Assembly: GCF_021869535.1 (NCBI RefSeq)
Contig: NW_026262679.1
Span: forward strand, 34,038,001 to 34,102,000
Direction: 5' to 3'
Length of the DNA stretch: 64,000 nucleotides
Origin: Mytilus californianus
Lineage: Eukaryota
In this document: positions 11,384 to 23,547 of the stretch, one piece after another
Numbering within the stretch: position 1 is the stretch's first letter
Layout: each line of letters opens with the position of its first letter
Notes under the pieces: model-generated
What the model was told of the DNA's origin: nothing
Databases searched by the model: none
The model's input: the letters and a program-made list of their open reading frames with translations, nothing else
Program-made: the position numbers and the translations under genes

Positions 11384-13968
11384 AATATGTATTATGATTG
11401 CCAAGAGACTTAATGACACAGAAATTAACAACTATAGGTCATCATAATGCCATCAATAATGAGAAAAGCCCCCGCATAGTCAGCTATAAAAGAGGGACGA
11501 AAGATACTAGAGGGAGAGTCCCCGACATGACAGCTGTTTATTAATTTAATTAAAACGAGTGAAAATAACGGTTTTAATAATGTACAAACAAAGACCGAAA
11601 AACGAATATGTAACACAGCAACAAATGACAACCACTGAATTATAGACTCCTGACAGATATTCGATAATAACGGCAACCTTATAGTTTAACTTTTCACTTT
11701 TTGAAGCGATAGGCATTTCAAAATGGTTGTCAGTAAAGGCAAAGTTTGTAGCGGAATCAAATTCATCTTTTTTTTTTTTTTAGAATAATGAACACTATAT
11801 GCAATCAAGCTTAATTAAAGTTATTCACTTGCACCTCATACTTGCACATACTAGAACTTTATTTATAATCAAGTCAAATGAGACCCAGTTGAATAGGGGA
11901 GCAGTTCAAGCTCCTTGGAGCCTCTAATTATGTTTTGCATGTACATATTTGTGTAAATTATGAAGTCCTGCATTTCCATTGCAGGTTCTGAATAAGATGA
12001 ATTTTAAGCTTTTCCCAATAAAGACTATGTTTAACTTTGGACTCAAAGTGCTCAGTCCCACGGATCTCTGTACCTTCATTTGTACACACTTGAATCTTAA
12101 TGTACAGTAACTACTGAGGCTTGATGCAAATTATTACTGCATTGCTATTGTTGGTTCTTAATGAGATTCTTCAAGCGTCCTCCCCATTAAAGCCCTATTA
12201 AAACTTTGTACCCCAAGTTCTTTTAACCACTGTTCCCCAGGACAACTATTCCTACAAACTTAGAGGGAGGGTTGGGATCCCGCTAACATGTTTAACCCCG
12301 CCACATTATTTATGTATGTGTATGTCCCAAGTCTTTAATTTACATATTTGTTTTTCGTTTATTTTTGTACATAAAATAGGCCGCTAGTTATTCTCGTTTG
12401 AATTGTATTACATTTGTCATTTCGGGGCCTTTTAAGGCCGTACGTTGACCTATAATTGTTAATTTCTGTGTCATTTTGGTTTCTTGTTGAGAGTTGCGTT
12501 TTTGAACAAACCAGCGTATCACAAAGCCTTGATAACCTCTGTAGGCCCCAAATAAGACGAAAAAACATCAAAATTGGATAGAAAACTGAAACAAAATGGT
12601 TTCTAACCTCAGGGATATTAACCCTTGGCTATCTTATATTTAATGCAATCAGTATGCATCAGCATCAGGGTACAGCTCATTTGCATATATATCATTTGCA
12701 TATTTTTACAAATACTCGAAATTTAGACAATTTCTGATAACAATTCAGCATGCCAAGGGTTAATATCCCTGAGGTTAGAAACCATTTATTTTCAGTTTTC
12801 TCTCCAATTTTGATGTTTTTTCGTCTTATTTGGGGCCTACAGAGGTTATCTAGGCTTTGTGATACGCTGGTTTGTTCAAAAACGCAACTCTCCACAAGAA
12901 ACCAAAATGACACAGAAATTAACAATTATAGGTCAACGTACGGCCTTAAAAGGCCCCGAAATGACAAATGTAATACAATTCAAACGAGAAAAACTAGCGG
13001 CCTATTTTATGTACAAAAATAAACGAAAAACAAATATGTAAATTAAAGACTTGGTACAGACACATACATTAAGAATGTGGCGGGGTTAAACATGTTAGCG
13101 GGATCCCAACCCTCCCTCTAAGTTTGTAGGAATAGTTGTCCTGGGGAACAGTGGTTAAAAGAACTTGGGGTACAAAGTTTTAATAGGGCTTCAATGGGGA
13201 GGACGCTTGAAGAATCTCATTAAGAACCAACAATAGCAATGCAGTAATAATTTGCATCAAGCCTCAGTAGTACATTAAGATTCAAGTGTGTACAAATGAA
13301 GGTACAGAGATCCGTGGATCTGAGCACTATGAGTCCAAAGTTTAACATAGTCTTTATTGGGAAAAGATTAAAATTCATCTTATTCAGAACCTGCAATGCC
13401 AAACATAATTAGAGGCTCCAGGGAGCTTGAATTGCTCCCCTATTCAACTGGGTCTCATTTGACTTGATTATAAATAAAGTTCTAGTATGTGCAAGTCTGA
13501 GGTGCTAGTGAATAACTTTAATTAAGCTTGATTGCATAAAGTGTTCAATATTCTCAAAAAAAAAAAGATGAATTTGTTTACGCTACAAACTTTGCTTTTA
13601 CTGGCGACCATTTTGAAATTCCTATCGCTTCAAAAAGTGAAAAGTTAAACTATAAGGTTGTCGTTATTATCAGATAGCGGTCAGGAGTCTGTTATTCAGT
13701 GGTTGTCATTTGTTGCTGTGTTACATATTCGTGTTTCGGTCTTTGTTTGTACATTATTAAAACCGTTATTTTCATTCGTTTGAACTAAATTGTTAAACAG
13801 CTGTCATTTCGGGGACTCTTCCTCTGGTATCTTTTGTCCCTCTTTTATAGCTGACTATGCGGGGGCTTTTCTCATTATTGATGGCATTATGATGACCTAT
13901 AGTTGTTAATTTCTGTGTCATTAAGTCTCTCGGCAATCATAATACATATTCTTATATATATATAGCGA

Positions 13969-14120
13969 TGTCGTTATAACGACATAGCTATGTCGTAATT
14001 ACGACATAGTGATGTCGTAATTACGACTTGTTATGTCGAAATTACGACATAGCGATGTCGTTTTAACGACATGTTATGTCGAAATTACGACATAGCGATG
14101 TCGTTATAACGACATGTTAT
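13969..14120. repeat. Mirror array of seven 18-bp palindromes, right arm
   Basis: Same unit; linkers agcg/agct/agtg/gtt are reverse complements of the left linkers. Confidence 0.95.
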
Positions 14121-15184
14121 AAAAAACATAAAAAAAAAATTTTGAATGGCCCTTATCGGCCTCCGTAGATAACCAACATGGTAATCTTAAACAATAAGTC
14201 AAATAACGGTAGACAACAATGAAGCGAAAACAAAACCAGACAGCCACCTGACCACAAATTACAACACACGTGGCACTAAAGGTGTAATACCATTAAATCA
14301 TAACACGTCACATCAGGTTGCATACGAAGAAGGGTCGAAAAAATATTCCCTTGAATTTGAGAGTTGTAGGAAGTTAATCATACATTTCATTGCAGTAAAA
14401 AATTTCTGAGTCATAAACATATATCTTGGGTGTTTCAAAGCACCATCATTATTATTTGGTGTTTCCATAGAATTATTTGGAAACTTGGGGTTACATGGTT
14501 ACTAAAGCTTTAACACAGGATAAAAAGGGGTGAAAATTTGACAGTTTAACTCTCAGTGATGGTTTTTTTCTTATATGCAACGAAATCTTATGTGAAGTTT
14601 TGTCTATAGTACTGGGCAGGATAAACTTTACTCACGCCAATTATTTTTTTACGTGAAACAAAGATAAATTCTGCACAATTTTTTGAAAAGTGCAAATTTA
14701 ACAAAGACTAATAGGGAAATACAATGGTGGTATTACACCTAAAGACCCCACCAAAAACGGAGGGTAACTCCTTGCTCCAGAAGAATAATCAGTTTCTGTT
14801 AAACTAGTGTCATCCGACATGTTACTGCTTTATTGATACATGTACGCTAGTGAGTCATACAGTTCATAATGCATCATAAATTGGCACTTAGCGATTAAGC
14901 AATCAAATGTTCGGTTTGCAATTCTTATAGTTTGTAGATTCAAATGCCACTTGATATGCCTAAGGTAGCATCTATTTATAGGATGTAGTAGGATAGCCAG
15001 TGAGATTACTATCCAACATTGTCCAAAATGAAGCGGATTTAAACAACTATAGGTAACCGTATGGTAACAATAAATACGTTCTACAAATGACAAAAGTAGT
15101 AAAATATTAAAAGACAACACCGTACGTTAACCTGATGAAAGCCCAAACCTCTTGAAAGTAGAGAGCAGATACAAAGAGTGGCAA

Positions 15185-15510
15185 TCATAACCATAAGTCA
15201 AATAAAAACAGACAATACCTTGGGGGAAAAAAAGAAAGAAAAACGACAAATAGACAACAAAGTAAAAAAGATCCTATAGAGAAGGCTAAGTATTGAGCAA
15301 CACGAACCCACATAGCGTGGTGAATTATAATGCTTTGGAAGGGATAGTAGTTCCTGTCTCCTAGTGACACCCGTCGTCTTAGCTCTCATGGTAAGTAAAA
15401 ACTCTGTGATGCCACAGTCAAGGAAAAGAATACGGAATTGTCAAGTGGAACAAACCGTGGCCATCGGTAGCACGCAATTTCAATAACTGTCAACCAAATC
15501 AAGATAACAT
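15185..15510 (-). repeat. Family W (3' tail of the Penelope-like element)
   Basis: Reverse complement of the 52300-52600 type sequence. Further pieces at 920-1072, 3680-3925, 8880-8990, 14735-14830, 28060-28140, 40110-40210, 50335-50490 and 55055-55190. Confidence 0.7.
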
Positions 15511-16721
15511 ATATCTATGTGTACACCTATCTGGTTTTCTAATTTATTACACGAAATGTTATTGGAAGACTATGAGTACATGAATTACATCTATTTTTAA
15601 CACATGAATGATATTCTAAACATTTAAAATTGTAAAGTCAGCATTTATTTGTTGTCAAGCCTCTTGATGATGTCAGTTTCTTAGGATGATTTGTTTGAAT
15701 CAGAGTAGCTTTTTTTTTAAATTGATTTTTCCCTTCCTAAAACAAAACATTTTTATCTAGGTTTGCAACTCTTTTTATGACTCAAAGTCGAATTACATCT
15801 GTTAACTTGTTTGTATATTCTGCTAAGTGGGTCTGCTCGAATGGGGATGAAGGACTTGGAATTAAGGATTGAATTGGATACTGTATTTATAGGCTTCATC
15901 TTAAATATTATTTGTGTTTCATCTGGGATCATATTTCAATAAACGACGTTTATATCTATTTTTTATACTTGTGTAAATTATAAGGATATATAACTATGTT
16001 GCGAAAATGTCCAAGAAACCCACGACCTCGTGCTTAAATCAAATTGACCTTTGACGTTCATCTAAAAATTAACCATGAAGGTCGATTGAGAACAAAATAA
16101 ATGTTAGAAATTTCATTTCTATGTAGCAACATTTCAGTAGCGCCTGTATATGGATTAAATAATTCCATGTTGATGTCATATTCCAGAGCAAGTTTCCTAT
16201 CATACTTTCTTTGATAGAGATTTGTTGTTTGCAATAAAGCTCATGAATCAAGGGTTTCTAGTGTTAAATTTGAAGTCATCCTTTTTGAAAATAAGAAGAT
16301 GTGGTATGATTGCCAATGAGACAATTTTCAACCAAAGTTCAAATAAAGTGGATGGAAGTAGGCAACCGTGCGGCCTTCATCAATGAGAAAAATGAATATC
16401 TTACATTCGGCTATAAAAGGCCCCGATATGACAAATATGAAACAATTCAATTGAGAAAACTAACGGCTTAATTCTTAACAAAAACATTTACGAAAAACAA
16501 ATATGACAGATATGATCGAACGACAATCACTTACCTACAGGCATCTGACTTTAAACAGGCATATAAAGAATGTGGCATGGTTAAACATGTTTATGAGCGC
16601 TCAACCCTCTGCCTAACCTTGGAAAGTGGTGTTACTGCACAATATAAGAACAAACTTTGCAATTTAGTTAAAAAGGGCTTAACTCTTCAGATCGATACTA
16701 AGCAGAAAAACATCTAACAAA

Positions 16722-17032
16722 TAAACTCATCATAGTTACCAGGATTCAAATTCTGTACGCCAGACGCGCGTTTTGTCTTCAAAAGACTCATCAGTGACGC
16801 TCAAATCAAAAACGTGAAAACGGACAACTAATATACGAAGTTGAAGAGCACTAAGGACCCAAAATTCCTAAAAGTTTTGCCAAATACTGCTAAAGTAGTC
16901 TATTCCTAGGGTAGAAAATCCCAAGTTTTTCGAAAAATTCAAAGTTTTGTAAACAGTTAATTTATAAGTATTACCATATCAATGATAATTCATGTCAACA
17001 CAGAAGTGTTGACTACATGGCTGGTTATACAA
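16722..17032 (-). mobile_element. Retrozyme-type element (~310 bp) nested in a family-Y copy
   Basis: Carries a type I hammerhead motif (16757-16800) and the GTCAxCACTTCxGTGTTGACATGAA block shared with 21230-21275 and 21590-21630. Confidence 0.75.
16757..16800 (-). ncRNA. Minimal type I hammerhead ribozyme motif, G12 substituted
   Basis: GCGUCA-CUGAUGA-GUCUU(UUG)AAGAC-AAAA-CGCGCG-UC-UGGCGU. Stems I and II pair and loop III is palindromic, but GAAA reads AAAA. Confidence 0.85.
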
Positions 17033-17479
17033 ACCGGACGCAGTACGGTATTTTTACATTCAAAGTACAGATCGGAAAGAACTCTCTGTTACTGATAGCT
17101 AGATAGTTCAAAGCCAATAGAAACTAATAAAACAAATCAGGTGGACTAAAATGCCAATCAGTACACATCCAACACTCAATGGAATTAGTGTAAAGACGTC
17201 ATTAACAGTCAGGGAAAAACAATACCTTGTGCAATGCCAAACAATAGGTATCGACAGATTGTATTACCGTGGAAGTGCATGATTTTGGTAAGGTCGTTGC
17301 TCACATTTAATTTACCAATACCTATATCTTAACAAACAAAAGAGAACATTTAACCTCTTTGGATTTCATTATTCGTGATAATTGTACTTGAAGAATCATG
17401 CTTCTCTCTACTCATCTATACCACAACACGGTTTTCCCTTGACGTCTGTCGTTTGTCGTTTATAGTTAAATGCATTATT

Positions 17480-17911
17480 TGTAAAATGTAACTCAATGTT
17501 AATCTGTTAACTTTATCTAAATATTTAAATTCAGACCACAAAAAAAAAAAAAAAAAATTCTCGTCATAATGATACTAAGATGATATGCCTCCATAGAATT
17601 CAAATTCTGTCATGATGTATGTAATTACACATTTTCCGCAATGGAATAGTAGTTGAATCGACATAAATAAAAAGAAATGTTGAGATTAGCAAAGTCAGTA
17701 ACCATACTGATTCAAGATGGTTTTTTTAAACCTCGATCTAGTATATTGTAAAAGATAAATGCGTAATTTGCAATATGGAAGGAAATTATTATGATAATTT
17801 CAAATATTAAGCAAGGGAAATGCATAAACAATTTGAAACACTAATTTGATTTGAGAAGTTGTTTATTATTGCTGCATATTGATATAACTATCTGGAGGAA
17901 ATCTAATATGA
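17480..17911 (+). repeat. Duplication block H (paralogue 22175-22600)
   Basis: Shared TTAACTTTATCT...TTCAGACCAC...CTGTCAT.ATGTATGTAATTACA and TGCGTAATTTGCAATATG. Confidence 0.85.
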
Positions 17912-18620
17912 ATATAAGGAGATATGGTATGATTGCCAATAAGACAACTATTAATCAAAGTTCAAATAAAGTAGATGTAAGCAATTAAAGGAAACCGTAC
18001 GGCCTTCAACAATGAGGAAAACAAACCATTCCGTGTAGTCGGCTATAAAAGGGCCCGACATGAAAGATATGAAACAATGCAATTGAGAAAACTCATAGCC
18101 TAATTTATAACATAACAATTTACTAAAAAAACAAATATGACAGACATAAACCAACGACAACCACTGACATAAAGAATGTGGCGTGGTTAAACATTTTTGT
18201 GTGTGCTCAACCCTCCGCTCTCCTGGGACAGTAGTGTTACAGCACAACATAAGAACAAACTAAACAAATAAGTTGAAAAGGGCTTATCTCATCAGATCGC
18301 TACAAAGCAGAAAAACATCTAACAAATATTCAGACTGGGCGTGGCAGGGTATTTATACATCCCGTACAACAAAAAAGACACAAAGTACAGATCTGAGAGT
18401 ACTTGCAAATACTGAAAGCTAGTTCAAAGCCAATAACAACTCATAAAAGAAATCATGTATCTAAGACTTAAATATCAATCAGTACTCATCTAACATCCTA
18501 TAGATTTAGTGTAAAGACGTCATTAACAGTCAGAGAAAAACATTACCTTGTGCAGTACTACCAAAATATAGATATCGACAGATTGAAATACCGTGAAAGT
18601 GCATATGTGTATAATAATAC
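17912..18620 (+). repeat. Family Y copy
   Basis: Shares the head, GGCTATAAAAGG.CCCGACATGA and AAGAATGTGGCG.GGTTAAACAT blocks. Confidence 0.9.
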
Positions 18621-18699
18621 TATTTTGTTTGGGTTTGATTTACTGATAACAAACTCAATATTTATACCAATACATTGTAATAACAATATGAAAAGGATT

Positions 18700-19790
18700 T
18701 AATAAGCTTTTAAATTTAAAAGCACCTCTTTTTATTATTATAATAAAGTGTTATCTGCTTTGTAAGGTTTCGAGGAGTTTTTCAACCCGTTAGGTGCATT
18801 TCATGTGAAAAAGAATTTGTTTGGTTCAACCCTTTTATCAAAGTTGACAAGACGAGTATTTTCTTACTGATCTTGGTACATGAAATGCATAAGGTTCATC
18901 GATGATATTATAGATGACAATGGTGAATTTTTGTCTCATGACACTATTAAAGTAAAAATATAAAATAAATGTTAATTTTGTAGGCATTCTATCTATCAAA
19001 CTTGCTATACCACGTGATTGGAAAGAGTTGTAAATATAGCAACGCATGTCACCTAACAACAACTTAATTGTATTTCTTTTTGAGCATGAGAATAAAAAAA
19101 TGCCGATCAGTAAATTGTTTGCAAAAGATGTTTATTCACTTTAATTGATCAGGGACATGTTTCCATTTCACAACAAAGGTGGGAAGAAAACTTTACTAAA
19201 GAAATTAGTGATGAAAAATGTAAAAATGTTTATTCGCTGGCTTTTATTTGTACTATAGAAAGAAAACTACAAGCATTCAAATATATTTTTTTACATAGAA
19301 TAGTCCTCTATAATTTATGTCTTATTGAAAAATATAGATTTTGAGATACTAATAAATTTTCCAGTTGTAAAATGATAAAACTATTGAACATAAATTTTTC
19401 GATTTTCTTATTAGTGGCATTTTATTTATTGAGTAAGAATATTTTTGAATAAAGACACTGTGATTTTTAGTGTTTTGAATTCTGATAACCTAGTTTTAAA
19501 TGAGTGTATTCTACAGGCAAAGTAAGACACTAATTATGTAAAGATCACACAAAAAGACAGACTGTTGATATCTGTGCAAGCTTTTTAATATTTTTTTTTG
19601 GAAATTTTAGAATATTTGTATCTTTCTAAAGACAAACACGAGTCATTTGTCCATAGATGAGGGGGGAAGGGGGTGGGATTATGGATTTATTTAATATATT
19701 TTGAATATATGAATGTATATTTAATGAACTCCAAAGTTTTCTTAAGATAGTTTTATATACTGTATATTCACATTGAACAATGTCAGATAT
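18700..19790 (+). mobile_element. 5'-truncated, degenerate Tx1/L1-type LINE (ORF2 C-terminus, zf-RVT region, 3'UTR)
   Basis: Across frameshifts it reads KEFVWFNPFIKVDKTSIF / SWYMKCIRFIDDIIDDNGEFLSHDTIKVK / YKINVNFVGILSIKLAIPRDWKEL ... QRWEENFTKE...NVYSLAFICTIERKLQAFKYIFLHRIV ... TIEHKFF. Confidence 0.85.
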
Positions 19791-19989
19791 TTTATTCACT
19801 TATAGAAATAAGAAGATGTGGTATGAGTGCCAGTGAGACAACTCTCCATCTTGTGTCTTGTAACAATGTATGCATGAACTGTAGTTTGACCACCAAACCG
19901 TTAAAATTAAAAAAAAAGAATGTATTTTGAAAGCCCCAATCATAGTAATTTTTGTTTTTGAATAATCTTATCGAACACATTGGTCTTAA

Positions 19990-20830
19990 GAAAAATAAAG
20001 AAAATCAGACCTATTTAGAATACTTGTTTTGTGACAATTTGAACTGAAACTTCTTCTCTGAAATAAAAAAAAAAGAGATAAATATTTCAGAACAGTTTCA
20101 AAAATAACTAATATGAGACTCATACATATCTCATTTCTTGCTGATTGGGTGGCAAGTTTAATTAAGACCTTACATGAATACTGGATTTAAATCGTTGAAT
20201 CTTGAATAACCCCCCCAAAAAAGTGAACTTAAATAGTATACAAATACAACAAGAACAAACACCATTATTATTTTACGTCCATTTGGACAGCAAATAAGTC
20301 ACTTGAAATATCTACTTGAAACACAAATCAGGTCTTCAACTTTTTATACTGCAAACTATTGGTAAATAACAATATAATTCTATTAAAGAAATCACATAAT
20401 ACCAGAAAATTAAATTCCTAATGAATAGTAATTTAGTAAGGTGTAGTCTGAGGGTATTTTGTAGGTAATAACAAAATAATTGCAATAGAAGAAATATTGT
20501 AAGTGTGCGAAGTGTAATTTAATTCTCCATTTAGCTTTATGACATAAACACAATTTATATCACCCATATCTTAATCCCACGACTCAGTAACTTGTGCATT
20601 TGACGTGAGGAAATCATTATTTCCTTAAATTAAGTGCTTTAAGTTGAATATCGTTACACCTCCAACGGGATTAAGTAACGCAACAATGCAAACGATCTAT
20701 ATTTGTAGACACAGCATAGGATAAATCATCTATTTATGTTTGTCCTAGTCATGGACAATGTGTTTATTTTTCTCAATTGGTTGCTTTAAAGTAAATAAAA
20801 GTGTAAACACAACAATGTTTTGCGTTCTTG
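19990..20830 (+). repeat. Segmental duplication block C (direct paralogue 22900-24730; inverted paralogue 43290-44370)
   Basis: TTTTACGTCCATTTGGACAGCAAATAAGTCAC at ~20272 and its reverse complement at ~43705-43735. Confidence 0.88.
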
Positions 20831-21189
20831 CCAAACATCATGGGATAATTGTAATTTTAGAATACATTTATCACTGCTTGTCAGTTTCGAAACTAATAAA
20901 AATTAACCAATATGCAAGGTGATTGATTTATATAGCATACAGAAAAGATCTTGAATTTTAAAAACAAGTTAAGGTTATGATAAGATAAACAAATTGTCGT
21001 CAGAAGTTATACATATCAATTATCTATTCATCTATTTGATTAACTTACTCACTCTAATTACTTTCAAATCCCTATTGCTGATGTTTAATCAATCAATTCA
21101 AGTAGTTTAAAAGAATACATGACATACTTAAACTAAGGAAATATGAGGTAGATGCAACATACTGGTGACATTTATCAATTAGTGAATCA

Positions 21190-21850
21190 AAAATCTACTT
21201 CTGGTGAACGTGACGTCCACGAGGATTTCATCAACCCTGTAATCAGCACCTTTGTGTTGACATGAAATATCATTGCTAGGTTCATTTTCTGTAAAAGTAC
21301 TGGATAAAAAATATTGAATTTTCAAAATACTAAGGTTTTTACTACCTAAAGGTAGATATTGCCTTAGCTGTATGGCACATTTTTTCGGTATTTAAAACTC
21401 TGCAACATAGTATCTGCTTTGGGCTGCAACTGTTTTACTCGAGTGCCACTGATGAGTTTTATGAAAACGAAAAGCGCCTCTGGCATTTAAAATTATTAGC
21501 CCGGTATCTTTGATTAGTTTTTAAAAGCGTAACCATTGGGTCGATGCCACTGCTGGTAAACGTTTCGTCCCCAAGAGTATCACCAACCCAGTAGTCAGCA
21601 CTTTTGTGCTGACATGAAATATCATTGAAACATGCATGTTATTTTTTTGTAAAATGACTGTATACTAGAATAAAATGTAGGTTTGTTCGAACCAATTAGG
21701 TTTTCTATCCTACAGTAGGTATAGATTGTGTTAACCGTATTTGCAGTTACTTTGCGGAATTTGCGGTATTCAAAGATCTACAACTTCGAACATTTTAGAT
21801 TATCAAAAACACGACCAATGTAAGTACCGGTAAAACAAATATTCAAAAAT
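21190..21850 (+). mobile_element. Two tandem degenerate retrozyme-type monomers (~21190-21522, ~21530-21850)
   Basis: The CTGGT..ACGT..CGTCC.C.AG...ATCA.C..CC..GTA.TCAGCAC.TTTGTG.TGACATGAAATATCATTG block occurs twice. The first monomer has a hammerhead. Confidence 0.7.
21442..21487 (+). ncRNA. Minimal type I hammerhead ribozyme motif, stem III mismatch
   Basis: AGUGCCA-CUGAUGA-GUUUU(AUG)AAAAC-GAAA-AGCGCC-UC-UGGCAUU. Core CUGAUGA and GAAA are intact; 15.2/16.2 is A.C. Confidence 0.8.
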
Positions 21851-23547
21851 CTTACTACTTTGTTAAATTGATAACCTTTTAGAAAATTAATGTAAAGGAA
21901 TAATGAGTTTATAACGATCGTATCTAAATTTACGGGCTCTATAAGCAACTTCGCCGTGAATATTATGATATTATATCTCGTTTGCAATGAAAATGCCACA
22001 AGAACAGTCTAGGCTACTGTTTTTTGATTACCTTCTTAGTATCATAATTAGTATTTTTTGCTTCATAGTATTTGCATCGGTATTTCTTTACTATTAACCC
22101 GACTAAAACTCAAGATCCTTGTTTGACATAAATTTAGTCCAACATGTATCATTACTTTGCTTTTCATAGAAAAAGATATTATTCGTAAAATCAACTTTAC
22201 GTTAATCTCTTAACTTTATCTGAAATTTAATTTCAGACCACGAAAAACAGATTATGGTAATAATGATTCTAGTGAAATGCCTTCATAAAATTCAAAACCT
22301 GTCATTATGTATGTAATTACATTTTGTCCTCAATGGAATATGTGTGATTTGACAACATAGGATACATGTTTATATAAGTAACAATACTAATTAAAAATGT
22401 GTTTTGAAACCTCGCATTATTAAATTGTTAAAAAAAACTGCTTAATTTGCGTAATTTGCAATATGCATTGAAATTATAAAGGCTTATCTTAAATATGTAA
22501 CAAGAAAAATGCTTTGAAATTATGCAACACTTATTTGATTTTAGAAGTTGTGTATGATTGCTAAATATTGATAGTATTATCTGTAAAAGATCTAATGCAT
22601 AAATAAACTTAAGATAATTTTATAAAACAATTCTCAGAATGTTCTTGGAAATACATGAGCATGAAACATTAGCTCAAATCTATCATTTTTGAAAAAAAAA
22701 CATTAGTTATCAAACACTTTGGTCAAAGGAAACCTTCGATATGGGTTGGAAATATAACTATTCAAAGATATGCATGCTTAGGTAAGAAACAATGAAAAGA
22801 AAAATATAATAAATTGATGAGACCATCTTTATATCATTGATTGATTTTTTCAAAATAGTAAATGACTATCAATATTTCAAACTACGTCCTTCACATATTG
22901 GCAAAGCAAAAGTATGAGTGACATAGAAAAACCACAGTGTTTATTTGTTGTACAGATTTATGATTTCCTTAATGGTAGAAAAATTCAGAGCGCCACCGAA
23001 CTAGCTTAGAACTAAGCATCTGGAATGTGGTACTGAAAAAATAAACAGAAGACAAGAAATGTAAACAATTTTCATATTTAAGGAATTCCCATTAACATCT
23101 AGGTATAACTTACAACCTTTTTGCCAAAAGACATCATGTACAAAGATCTTGACAGGAGACAAATTTTATTCTGAGTGAGAATTGAGTCAGTCTCTTGGTC
23201 ATATTTAATTTAACCAAGAACTATTTGCAAAAGAAAAATAGAGCATATATAACCTATTCAGAATACTTGTTATGCCACAATTTGAACCCAAAAAAAACCC
23301 TCTTAAATTAAAAAAGAAAGGTAAATATTTCATAACAGTTACAAGAATGACTAATATGGGATTCATTTCTTGCTGATCGTGTTGCATATTTCAAGAACTT
23401 AAATAAATGCTGAATTTAAATCTTTGAATCTTATTTAACCAAGTGAACCTTAATTGTATGCAAATACATCAGAAACAGACAACAGTATCTATTCACGTCC
23501 ATAACGACAGCACAAAAATCACATTATATATCTTCTTGAAACACAAC

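Larger units (their letters stand above)
11164..14168. mobile_element. 3.0-kb fold-back (palindromic) element with ~1.45-kb arms and a 122-bp spacer
   Basis: 11164-12629 is the reverse complement of 12752-14168 with a few indels. Ends are CTACGGAAGCCGATAAG and CTTATCGGCCTCCGTAG. ATAA is duplicated at 11160-11163 and 14169-14172. Confidence 0.93.
16290..17290 (+). repeat. Interspersed repeat family Y (ATAAGAAGATGTGGTATGATTGCCAATGAGACAA...), split by the retrozyme insertion
   Basis: Colinear with 17912-18620, 47457-47930 and 49527-49975. Partial copies at 112-280 (-), 19805-19852 and 39970-40035 (-). Confidence 0.9.

Noticed and set aside
12359-13041. Near-identical ORFs on opposite strands (12359-12571, 12750-13022 and neighbours)
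   Set aside because: A by-product of the palindrome; they run through family-Y repeat sequence.
11201-14120. 18-bp palindromic repeat arrays as a CRISPR array
   Set aside because: Linkers are 3-4 bp and repetitive, there are no cas genes, and the context is eukaryotic TE.
15130-15175. CTGATGA...GAAA as a hammerhead
   Set aside because: No convincing stem I or III and no cleavage triplet.
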